DNA from: Syntrophorhabdaceae bacterium
Lineage (GTDB): Bacteria; Desulfobacterota; Syntrophorhabdia; Syntrophorhabdales; Syntrophorhabdaceae
Assembly: GCA_963665295.1 (NCBI GenBank)
Contig: OY762209.1
Location: 4,800,001-4,864,000, forward strand
Length of the DNA stretch: 64,000 nt
Direction of reading: 5' to 3'
Part shown: piece by piece, positions 22,433 to 30,912 of the stretch
How positions within the stretch are numbered: the stretch's first letter is position 1
Layout: each line of letters opens with the position of its first letter
The notes under the pieces: generated by a model
Databases searched by the model: none
The model's input: only the letters and a program-made list of their open reading frames with translations
What the model was told of the DNA's origin: nothing
Position numbers and translations under genes: made by a program

Positions 22433-23815
22433 TCAACCCCTTTTGCCCATTCCGGCGAAGATTTCTTTCTCAAGGTCCTCGAAAAACATGGCACGGCCCA
22501 TCTCGCCCCTCAGCCGTCTTACCTCGCGGATACCCATGGCCCCAAGGGTCTCGAGGAGCTGACTGTGCCAGCCGGCCATGAGATTGCGGACGCGGGCCGA
22601 ACCCCATACGGGATTCACGCTCTCCAGATCCACCGGACAGGCGATGCCTTCCTTACAACGGCGGCACACCCTGCATTCCATGGCCACAAGGAGAGGTATG
22701 TCCACGGCGACAGCGTCTGCGCCGCATATGATCTGCTTTGTCACATGCTCCGCCATGGCAATCCCACCGCCCGCGATCAGGGTGATCTGGTCCCTCACGC
22801 CCTTTTCCACAAGATGGAGGTGTATCTCCTTCATCCGGTCTTTTATGAAGAGGGGCCGGGCGGCTTTCTCGCGGCCGAACTCGTCGGCCACAAGGTGTAT
22901 TACTTCAGCGCCGTCGATAGCAAGGCCGAGTATGGCTCCGGAAGCGTCGGGATTAAGTTCCATCCTTATCATCACCACGATGCCCGGGTTCTTTTCCTTG
23001 ATCTTCTTCTGCAGCGCCATGACATCCTTGCCGTGGGGCACTTCTATCATGCGCAGTCGGCCCACCACGGCCGGATCAAGATCGTCCGGTTTTCCGTCAA
23101 CGTAAAGCACCATATTGGAAAGGTACTTCTCCATGTCGGGCCGGTAGTCGCTTTGACGGACGATGCAAAAGGTACCGAGTGATCCGGCTCCTTCGAGGAG
23201 CGCCGTCGTTATCCGTTCCCTCGGGGGCGACCATGGCAGAATATCGAAAATAATGGGCAAGGGTATCTCTACAAGAGGCGGCGGGGTTGTCATTAGCGCT
23301 CCCGACGAGTCGAATTCGAGGGCCATCACCTTTCGGCCTACATCCACCGTGGTGCTTATATACTCGCGGCCATGAATACCATCTCTGGTAGGCCGCACGA
23401 TTTCCGACATATCCGTCCACATGGCATCGAATCCGGGGCCTGAAAACGGTCCACCGTAACCGCCGCCTGAAACGGGAATACGTCCCGCTTCCGCCTGGAA
23501 CCAGAGCCCGGCAATGATCTCCGGCGTCCAGTAATGGTCGCCAAGGACTTTATAGGAAGGGTTAACACCCTTTTGGATCAATCTGTTGGGACAGTTCTGC
23601 ACACAACGGAAGCAGTCTTTGCAGACGCTGTCAAGGGATTCGAGCATCTGGCGTGAATCGATGCCGCGTTTCTCGTATACCTTGTAAACACAGTCCTTCT
23701 TCACGCAACGCGCACACTTGAGGCACCCTTCCTCCCACGCGATGACACCCGACCGGGTGATCGACTGGAATCTGTTCGGCGCCTGATTGGTCTGAATATG
23801 GTATTTAAGAGGCAT
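22433..23815 (-). CDS. Degenerate GltB2 paralog with Fe-S motifs
   Basis: CLKCARC, CKDCFRCVQNCP, LIAGGGI, CRVCRRC..CP; lacks GGMS/TGEGG/QGAKPG. Confidence 0.8.
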   Translation of the reverse strand: MPLKYHIQTNQAPNRFQSITRSGVIAWEEGCLKCARCVKKDCVYKVYEKRGIDSRQMLESLDSVCKDCFRCVQNCPNRLIQKGVNPSYKVLGDHYWTPEIIAGLWFQAEAGRIPVSGGGYGGPFSGPGFDAMWTDMSEIVRPTRDGIHGREYISTTVDVGRKVMALEFDSSGALMTTPPPLVEIPLPIIFDILPWSPPRERITTALLEGAGSLGTFCIVRQSDYRPDMEKYLSNMVLYVDGKPDDLDPAVVGRLRMIEVPHGKDVMALQKKIKEKNPGIVVMIRMELNPDASGAILGLAIDGAEVIHLVADEFGREKAARPLFIKDRMKEIHLHLVEKGVRDQITLIAGGGIAMAEHVTKQIICGADAVAVDIPLLVAMECRVCRRCKEGIACPVDLESVNPVWGSARVRNLMAGWHSQLLETLGAMGIREVRRLRGEMGRAMFFEDLEKEIFAGMGKRG

Positions 23816-23827
23816 ATCGTTACTCCT

Positions 23828-24751
23828 CTAGGCCAGGGGTCGCGGAGAAAGTCCTGACCTTTCCACGAGTTCCGGGACCACATCTTCCCATTCTATTGCC
23901 ATAATATGGACCCCGCTCACACCGTCCATTTCTTTCAAAGCCTGGATCGTCTCCACGGCGATTTTCACGCCTTCCTGACGCTGGTCTTTTGCGGGCACCG
24001 ATTTCATCCTCTCTATCACCGACTCGGGGACATCCATGCCTGCCACCTGTTTGGCCATGTACTCCGCCATTCTCGCGGATTTGAGGGGCGTAATGCCGCC
24101 GAGGATGTACACTTGTTTGTCGAGTCCAAAATCCTTTACAAGCCCCATCCACTCCTTGAACCGGGGCACGTTATAGATGCACTGGGTCTGAATGAATTCC
24201 GCCCCTGCGTCAACCTTCTTCGCGAGCCTTGTTACGCGGTATTTGAAGGGGTCGGCAAAGGGATTCGCCACGGCACCGATAAATAGTCTCGGAGGTTCCG
24301 TCAGTTTCTCTCCGCCGATCACCTGACCGAGGTCTCTCATCTGACGGACCGTCTGGATTAACTGGATCGAGTCAATGTCAAAAACACCCTTCGCCTGTGG
24401 CTGGTTACCGAAGGATTGGTGGTCGCCGGAAAGGCAGAGGATATTCCGGATGCCCAGGGCGGAAGCCCCGAGGATGTCCGACTGCAGCGCAATACGGTTA
24501 CGGTCACGGGTCACCATCTGGAGTACGGGATCGAGCCCTTCTCCCTTGAGGAGTGCGCACGCGGCAAGACTGCACAGGCGGACCACGCCCGTCTGGTTGT
24601 CCGTGACGTTTACACTGTCCACGTGCCCTTTGATGATCTTTCCTTTGTTCTTTATCGCATCGGGATCAGCCCCTTTTGGCGGCCCGCACTCGGCGGTAAC
24701 GGCAAAGTGGCCTCCGGTAAGAACCTTTTTAAGCTGGCTTTCAGTTTTCAC
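23828..24751 (-). CDS. metF: Methylenetetrahydrofolate reductase
   Basis: TAECGPPKG, NVTDNQ, TRDRNRIALQ, LSGDH, KKVDAGAEFIQTQ. Confidence 0.93.
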   Translation of the reverse strand: MKTESQLKKVLTGGHFAVTAECGPPKGADPDAIKNKGKIIKGHVDSVNVTDNQTGVVRLCSLAACALLKGEGLDPVLQMVTRDRNRIALQSDILGASALGIRNILCLSGDHQSFGNQPQAKGVFDIDSIQLIQTVRQMRDLGQVIGGEKLTEPPRLFIGAVANPFADPFKYRVTRLAKKVDAGAEFIQTQCIYNVPRFKEWMGLVKDFGLDKQVYILGGITPLKSARMAEYMAKQVAGMDVPESVIERMKSVPAKDQRQEGVKIAVETIQALKEMDGVSGVHIMAIEWEDVVPELVERSGLSPRPLA

Positions 24752-25416
24752 GTTTTCTGATCCTCCCTATGGATTTTCCTTGGTCCCTTTCCCTGTTGCT
24801 TCGACCAATCCGCAGGGGGATGTACCTTTTTGAGAAGGTCAAGCCGACCCATCTCATCAAGTCTGGCAATTATGATCTGCCATGCGCATTCCGTGTCCGG
24901 ATCAACCTCGCAACGATCGGTTCTGGAGCCTCCGCACGGACCATTGAAAAGCCCTTTTGCGCAACGGGTAACGGGACAGACAGCGGCAAAAAATCCGAGC
25001 TTGCAGTCACCACATGCCCGGCAACTCTCCACCCAGACGCCTGCTTCCTTTGTCTCTCCGATGAAGGTCGTATTCAGGGCGGGAACGATATGGACCTTCG
25101 GGAAGACCTCGGCAACGGCCTGCACGCCGGCGCCGCACCCCAGGGACAGAACCACATCATACCGGTCGATCACTTCCGTCAGTTGGTCGATGAACTCATA
25201 GACACACTGACGGTCCAGGGTCATTTCCTCGACCTCTATCTCCTTGCCGGACGCCTTGGCGTCCATGCGGAGTTGTGAGGCGAGAAGCCCTGTCTCTTTC
25301 TCCCCTCCCGACGCGCATTCCGCCACGCAGGTACCGCATCCGACCACGAGGATCTTCCTGTACGGCTCTATCATTTCTTTGATTTCCGATAAAGGCTTTC
25401 TTTCCGCTGTTATCAT
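24748..25416 (-). CDS. metV: MTHFR Fe-S/Zn-finger partner subunit
   Basis: GCGTCVAECASGGE, RQC, CRACGDC..CPVTRCAKGLFNGPCGG; 4-bp overlap with metF. Confidence 0.9.
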   Translation of the reverse strand: MITAERKPLSEIKEMIEPYRKILVVGCGTCVAECASGGEKETGLLASQLRMDAKASGKEIEVEEMTLDRQCVYEFIDQLTEVIDRYDVVLSLGCGAGVQAVAEVFPKVHIVPALNTTFIGETKEAGVWVESCRACGDCKLGFFAAVCPVTRCAKGLFNGPCGGSRTDRCEVDPDTECAWQIIIARLDEMGRLDLLKKVHPPADWSKQQGKGPRKIHREDQKT

Positions 25417-25456
25417 GCTCTTACTCCTTCGTGATTAACCACTATTATCTCCGGAT

Positions 25457-25876
25457 CTATTTCTCTCTCACCGGTGAGAAGCCCACAGAGGCTTCCCTGG
25501 CAAGCAGCTCCCGCGCCAGTTTATCAACCGTAACGGACTCGCCCGGTGCCAGGGCGATCACTTCCAGGCGCTGCCCCTCGAGGCCGATCTCTTCTATCAA
25601 CCCCCGGGTATATGCAACGCGCTTCCTGGCCCGTGTATTGCCTTCACGATAGCGGCACGCCCCTTCAGGGCACGTGACCAGGTACACCATGTCCGCCCCT
25701 GCTTCAAAGGCGCGCATAAGGTGGAGGGAATCGATCCGGCCGCTGCACGGCAGCGGGAAAAACCTTATCCGGTCACCCAATTCCTTTTCCAGGGCCCGTC
25801 TGTTTGCATCCTGCGCAGGATCTAGTTGCTCGCAGAAGAATATGGAAACGTTTAATCCAGCGGTTTTCTGGTCCAT
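25457..25876 (-). CDS. mvhD: MvhD/FlpD-like [2Fe-2S] electron-transfer subunit
   Basis: FFC...PCSGRID...GAD.V..TCPEGACRYREGN...IGLEGQRL; ATG 25876. Confidence 0.85.
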   Translation of the reverse strand: MDQKTAGLNVSIFFCEQLDPAQDANRRALEKELGDRIRFFPLPCSGRIDSLHLMRAFEAGADMVYLVTCPEGACRYREGNTRARKRVAYTRGLIEEIGLEGQRLEVIALAPGESVTVDKLARELLAREASVGFSPVREK

Positions 25877-25909
25877 AAAGCTGTCCCTTCTTATCCTTGT
25901 GACATAAAT

Positions 25910-25968
25910 AAAAAAAACGCCCTCATCGGACGCCTTTGTCTCGCCTTCAATGACACCCCGTTGTGTCA
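25910..25968 (-). promoter_or_regulatory. ANTAR-type dual-hairpin antiterminator leader
   Basis: Minus strand: TGACAC-AACGGG-GTGTCA, linker, GAC-AAAGGC-GTC (both hexaloops A1/G4). Hairpin 2 overlaps the terminator GGCGTCC-GATGA-GGGCGTT-U tract. Confidence 0.85.
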
Positions 25969-25980
25969 AATTAGCAAATA

Positions 25981-26009
25981 AGATTACCAGATTAGAAAAT
26001 ACTTGTCAA
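25981..26009 (-). promoter_or_regulatory. Sigma70-type promoter of the mvhD-metVF-glt operon
   Basis: TTGACA-17 bp-TAATCT with a TGn extension, directly 5' of the ANTAR leader. Confidence 0.7.
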
Positions 26010-26050
26010 CAAAATGGTCAAAATGGGTAACTCCCTTCCCCCGGTACCTG

Positions 26051-26860
26051 TCACGAACCTTTCGCCGGCCCCCGGGCAGGTTCCTTCGGGTTCCGCCGCG
26101 CCATCGATTTCTTTTCCTTCCCCCTCCCGTCTTCCATAAAGAGATTCATAAGCCTTCTGAAATGCATGGAGGACTCTATGAACGTTCTAAAGTTAATCAA
26201 GAAACGGCCGGTTTGGTCCTCGAACCTTTCCTTCAACGCCGCGCTGTCGCAGATAATCTTTTCCGTGTCGACTTTCCCTCGTTCCGCCTTCATCCATTCT
26301 TCTATCATCAAATGGGTAACCTCCGGGTGAAATTGCAAACCGTAGGCGCTTCTTCCCATCCTGAATGCCTGATTCCTGCACGTCTTCCCGCGGGCCAGGA
26401 GCAAACCGCCTTCAGGAATGCCGAAGGTGTCCTCGTGCCATTCAAAGACCGTGAACTGCCGCGAAAAGTCCTTGAAGAGCGGGTCCTTCGCACCTTCGTC
26501 CGTCACATGCACAGGGTAGAACCCCACTTCCCTGCGAGCGGCTTTTACAACCTTCGCTCCACAAGTCTTTGCGAGAAGTTGCGCTCCCAGACATATGCCC
26601 AGCATGGGCAATTCGTCTATCAGCGTCCTCCGTATCAAATGCTCCTCTTCTTCAAGAAAAGGGTACCCGGCGATCTGGTACACATTCATGGGACCTCCGA
26701 GAACGATTACCGCGGCGAAGCTGTCGATGGACTCAGGCAGTCTCCCGCCGCTGCCGAGTTCGACGATTTCCAGGTCCCATCCGTCGTTTCCGAAGAATGT
26801 CCCGATGAGCCCCGCACCCTCCTGTTCCACATGTTTTATTATAAGAATCCTTCTGTCCAT
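26051..26860 (-). CDS. Class I glutamine amidotransferase-like protein
   Basis: VLGGPMNV, LGICLGAQL (Cys nucleophile), WHED, LQFHPE. Confidence 0.88.
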   Translation of the reverse strand: MDRRILIIKHVEQEGAGLIGTFFGNDGWDLEIVELGSGGRLPESIDSFAAVIVLGGPMNVYQIAGYPFLEEEEHLIRRTLIDELPMLGICLGAQLLAKTCGAKVVKAARREVGFYPVHVTDEGAKDPLFKDFSRQFTVFEWHEDTFGIPEGGLLLARGKTCRNQAFRMGRSAYGLQFHPEVTHLMIEEWMKAERGKVDTEKIICDSAALKERFEDQTGRFLINFRTFIESSMHFRRLMNLFMEDGRGKEKKSMARRNPKEPARGPAKGS

Positions 26861-27183
26861 TCGGAACCTCTGTTCACGCACGCACGTGCCGCCTTGAACG
26901 GCATCGTTCGGTATTCGCCCCTGTCTCTCTGAAACAGGCGACGATTGCCGTTCCGCGCTAATGCGAAAATATCGCTTCATATTATACAAGTACCTGTTCT
27001 GTGCGGATTGTTAACCGTCGGGAATATGAGTGTCCGGCGGGTACCCTTGACTGAGGGTACAAGGACGCATTATGGTTGGTTTAGGGCCGAACGTTACCGG
27101 TCTCGGGAAAGGACCGGGGCTATCCACCTGAATTTGCGCCATGCGCCCGATGGGCCGGCGGCACATGAAAGAGAGGAGAAACG

Positions 27184-28548
27184 ATGACGGTAAAAATATG
27201 TCTTAAAATGTTGGTATGGTTCCTTGTTCTGCTCATGGCGGCTCCTCCCGCTGTCTTTGCCCAGGCCGGGCCTGTCCCCTCCGCCGAACAAACGCCTGCG
27301 GCTCCGCCGCCGCCTCTTTTCGGTCAGGAAGAATTGGACCAGATGCTCGCCCCCATCGCGCTCTATCCGGACACGCTGCTCGTCCAGGTACTCATCGCCG
27401 CTACCTATCCGCTGGAGATCATCGAAGCGGACCGCTGGCTGAAAGGCCGCGGTAACCTGCAGGGTGACCAGCTCGCTGCCGCAGTGGACCAGCAGAACTG
27501 GGACCCGAGCGTAAAATCCCTTGTAAACTTCCCTTCCGTCCTCGCCATGATGGATGACAAACTCGAGTGGACGCAGAGGCTGGGCGACGCCTTTCTGAGT
27601 CAGAAAGACCAGGTCATGGACACGGTGCAAAAACTCCGGGCAGCGGCCCATGCCAGAGGAAATCTGAAAAGCACCCCTCAGGAAAGGGTCATCACCGAGG
27701 GGCCGAGCATAGTGATCGAGCCGGTCGATCCGACCGTAGTCTATGTGCCCACATATGACCCCATGGTGGTATATGGGCCGTGGTGGTACCCCGCCTACCC
27801 TCCCTATGCGGTCTATCCGGTGGGTGCCGTCATCGTGGGCGGCCTGATATCCTTTGGACTGGCCGTTTCCCTCGGACCCTGCTGGGGCTGGGCGTGGGGA
27901 GGTTTCGGATGGGGCCGCCACGACGTAAACATCAACGTGTATCAAAATGTGAACTTCAACCGCAATATAAACAGGAACTTTTACAGTAACCGCTACGGAG
28001 GCGGGGGCCATGGCGTGTGGCGCCACGAACCCGAACACAGGCGGGGTGTCGCGTACCGGGACAATTCCCTGGCTCAGCGATACGGCCAGGGGCCGAGAGG
28101 CAGCGCCGCGCAAAGGGGCACCTTCAGGGGACGCACCCAGGGGCCGGGGCAGCCGGGAGCCCTGGGCGGGGGCAGCCGACAGAGATTACAGACACAAAGT
28201 GAGCGCGGCCGTCAGAGCCGAAGCTCCATGACGGCCCCCCGTGAAGGCACGGCATCCCGGAGTATGAGCAGACCGTACGGTGGCGGAAGCACCGGCATGG
28301 GCCGTCCTTCGGGAAGCCCGGGCGTCAGTCGTCCCTATGGCGGGGGGAGTATGGGTCGCGAAGGCGGCATCAGCAGACCGTCAGGCGGAGGAAGCATGGG
28401 TCGTCCGTCCGGTGGCGGAGGTATGAGCCGTCCTTCGGGTGGCGGAGGAGGTTCCGGCGGCGGAGGTCACGGCGGGGGCGGTGGAGGTGGAGGTCACGGC
28501 GGGGGCGGTGGAGGCGGAGGTCATGGCGGAGGCCATGGCGGGCGCTGA
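27184..28548 (+). CDS. DUF3300 family secreted protein with a Gly-rich tail
   Basis: Signal peptide; ELDQMLAPIALYPDTLL..ATYPLE, WDPSVKSL, WTQRLGDAF. Confidence 0.88.
   Translation: MTVKICLKMLVWFLVLLMAAPPAVFAQAGPVPSAEQTPAAPPPPLFGQEELDQMLAPIALYPDTLLVQVLIAATYPLEIIEADRWLKGRGNLQGDQLAAAVDQQNWDPSVKSLVNFPSVLAMMDDKLEWTQRLGDAFLSQKDQVMDTVQKLRAAAHARGNLKSTPQERVITEGPSIVIEPVDPTVVYVPTYDPMVVYGPWWYPAYPPYAVYPVGAVIVGGLISFGLAVSLGPCWGWAWGGFGWGRHDVNINVYQNVNFNRNINRNFYSNRYGGGGHGVWRHEPEHRRGVAYRDNSLAQRYGQGPRGSAAQRGTFRGRTQGPGQPGALGGGSRQRLQTQSERGRQSRSSMTAPREGTASRSMSRPYGGGSTGMGRPSGSPGVSRPYGGGSMGREGGISRPSGGGSMGRPSGGGGMSRPSGGGGGSGGGGHGGGGGGGGHGGGGGGGGHGGGHGGR
28260..28545 (+). repeat. Low-complexity coding repeats (RPSGGG / GGGGH)
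   Basis: Repeated (M/V/I)(S/G)RP(S/Y)G units, then ggaggtcacggcgggggcggtggagg tandem copies. Confidence 0.85.
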
Positions 28549-28598
28549 TCGCCGTTGGTCCGGTATTATCTGCAAATAACCCTCGAGGAGGAATACAT

Positions 28599-29558
28599 AT
28601 GATCCGTACGATCAAATACAGGGAAGGGAGGCCGGTGTTCGACACGGGTGCTGTCATGGCTCTCGCCCTCGTAATGACCTTATTCCTTGCACTTTCGCCC
28701 TCTCACGCGAAAACAGCGGGGCAGAAACACTTCCCGTCTCCAAAAGACGCGGTGGAAGCCATGGCCGATGCTCTCAGGGTCAACGACAATAGAGCCCTCC
28801 GAGCTATTTTCGGTCCCGCCGGCCGGGATCTCATTTTCTCCGGAGACGAGGTGGCAGACAAGAGGCACCGCGAACATTTCCTTAAATTATACGATGAGAA
28901 GAACCGGTTGGAACGCGTAGGGGACAGAAAGGCGCTCCTCTTCGTGGGAAACGAGGAATGGCCCCTCCCCTTCCCTATTATCGGGAAGGGCAAATCCTGG
29001 TTCTTCAATGTGAAGGCGGGCCGGGAGGAAATCCTCGACAGGAGGATCGGAGCTAACGAGCTTGACGTCATCCAGGTGTGCCTGGCCTACGTGGATGCCC
29101 AAAGGGAGTATGCCCTCGGGAACCTCAAACAGACGGGACTCGCCGGGTACGCCCGGAAATTCATGAGCGAACCGGGTACGCAGGACGGCCTTTACTGGGA
29201 CGCGCCTGAAGGCGAGCAACCGAGCCCTCTCGGTGCCTTTGTCACCGCTGCCCGGGCGGAAGGTTATAAAGGCGCTCAGTCCGAAGGACATCCTTACCAC
29301 GGCTATTACTATAAAATCCTCACTGCCCAGGGAAAGAATGCCCCGGGAGGGGCGTACGATTACATCGTAGACGGCAGGATGCTCGGAGGTTTTGCTCTCG
29401 TGGCCTATCCCGCGCGCTACGGCAACTCCGGGATCATGACGTTCATGGTAAACCACGATGGGGTGGTATACCAGAAGAACCTGGGCAGGGAAACGGAAAA
29501 GACCGCAAGGGGCATAAAGCTATTCAACCCTGACGGGACATGGGAAAGGGCGGAATAA
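28599..29558 (+). CDS. DUF2950 family protein
   Basis: WPLPFPI, GREEILDRRIGANE, YVDAQREY, DGLYW, PYHGYYYKIL, YGNSGIMTF; usual partner of DUF3300. Confidence 0.88.
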   Translation: MIRTIKYREGRPVFDTGAVMALALVMTLFLALSPSHAKTAGQKHFPSPKDAVEAMADALRVNDNRALRAIFGPAGRDLIFSGDEVADKRHREHFLKLYDEKNRLERVGDRKALLFVGNEEWPLPFPIIGKGKSWFFNVKAGREEILDRRIGANELDVIQVCLAYVDAQREYALGNLKQTGLAGYARKFMSEPGTQDGLYWDAPEGEQPSPLGAFVTAARAEGYKGAQSEGHPYHGYYYKILTAQGKNAPGGAYDYIVDGRMLGGFALVAYPARYGNSGIMTFMVNHDGVVYQKNLGRETEKTARGIKLFNPDGTWERAE

Positions 29559-29737
29559 GCACCTTCGCTCCCTGTAAATCAACTTCTTCAATGCCGCTCG
29601 GTGTGGCCGGCGATAAGGAACCTTGGACTATTCCAAAGGGCGGTGCTACAATATGTAAAAGAAGGTAACAGCGCCGTCGCAAGAGATGAGGGTCGCAAGG
29701 GAGGATAGTCGCACTATCCGCGGGGAGGGACGAAGGG

Positions 29738-30829
29738 ATGGACTCCATATCCTGGTCTGACAACCTGAGCAGCAAACTGATCGAGATAATCAAGACGGGA
29801 ATCCTGTTGACGGATACGGAAGGTCGCATCCGTTTCGCCAATAGTCTGGCGTCAAGACTCCTCGGCGTCCCGGAGGACGATTTGCACGGTATGCCGATCG
29901 CGGCCTTCTTCCTTCCGGACGATACCCCCATACTCCTTCCCAACATCATGAAATTGACGCGGCAAGGTTCGGGTTTCGAGGGAGAGGCACTCTTGCGGAG
30001 GAAGGACGGGGAAACCTTCTTCGTCAACCTCTCCACCACCCTGTACAAGGAAGTTGGAGCCCCCTACGAATTCATGATCTTCGCTATTCAGGACATTACC
30101 CATCTGAAAAAGATTCAACAGGAATGTGCCGGCTCCGAGAGGTTCGCAGGGCTGGGGATGATGACCGATCAGATTTCCCACCAGATTCGGAACCCCGTTG
30201 CATGCATCGGCGGATTCGCCTTGCGATTGGCGAAAGACCGGGTCTCTGCCGACGAGTACGCCCATTATACCACCATCATCCACGGCGAGGCGAAACGCCT
30301 GGAGTACATAATCGACCGCCTGGTGGAGTTCGCCCAGGTGCATACGGCGCGTTACGCCGCCCTCACCCTGGGCGAAATCATGGACGGAGCGAGAAAGAAC
30401 GGTGAAGCCTCTCAGGAGCAGGATTTCTCCAGGATAAGGTTTCCCGATCCGTCAAGCCTGCCCGAAACAGTCTTCTTCGGCGATCTCCCCCTCCTTGTCA
30501 GCGCCGTCTGCTGCGTGCTCCGAAACGGCGTCGAAGCCACCCCGGAAGACGGTGAAGTGGCGGTAACCGCCGACATGACGGGGGAACACGCGGTAATCAG
30601 GATCAGAGATAACGGCGAAGGGATCCCTCCCGAAAATATGCCCTTTATCTTCGATCCATTTTTCACTACCAGGTTCAATCTTCTCGGCCTCGGGCTCACC
30701 ATGGCCAAACGCATCGCTGAAACCCATAAAGGGTTTATGGAAGTTGACAGCACGGTAAATGCCGGCACCCATGTCCGTATCATCCTGCCCCGTGACCGGC
30801 GGCGTGAGGTTCGCAGAAAGCTCGTCTGA
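29738..30829 (+). CDS. Cytoplasmic PAS sensor histidine kinase
   Basis: PAS, H-box SHQIRNP, N-box LRNGVEA, DNGEGI, FDPFFTT..LGLGL. Confidence 0.88.
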   Translation: MDSISWSDNLSSKLIEIIKTGILLTDTEGRIRFANSLASRLLGVPEDDLHGMPIAAFFLPDDTPILLPNIMKLTRQGSGFEGEALLRRKDGETFFVNLSTTLYKEVGAPYEFMIFAIQDITHLKKIQQECAGSERFAGLGMMTDQISHQIRNPVACIGGFALRLAKDRVSADEYAHYTTIIHGEAKRLEYIIDRLVEFAQVHTARYAALTLGEIMDGARKNGEASQEQDFSRIRFPDPSSLPETVFFGDLPLLVSAVCCVLRNGVEATPEDGEVAVTADMTGEHAVIRIRDNGEGIPPENMPFIFDPFFTTRFNLLGLGLTMAKRIAETHKGFMEVDSTVNAGTHVRIILPRDRRREVRRKLV

Positions 30830-30912
30830 AGATCTGCGACGGCACAGGACGACGGGGTTCACGGGATCGGTTTTGCTGTGTGAGGACCATCAGGGCAGGA
30901 ACCGCCCTTCCC

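Noticed and set aside
18177..23815. N-methylglutamate synthase pathway (mgsABC)
   Set aside because: The domains are the same families, but no gmaS or mgd genes are present, and the amidotransferase keeps the cleavable Cys motif typical of glutamate synthase. Not fully excluded.
25457..25876. Selenocysteine recoding in mvhD
   Set aside because: All ligand positions are Cys codons in an uninterrupted frame.
28380..28545. CRISPR-like repeats
   Set aside because: These are in-frame Gly-rich coding repeats with no unique spacers, and there are no cas genes.
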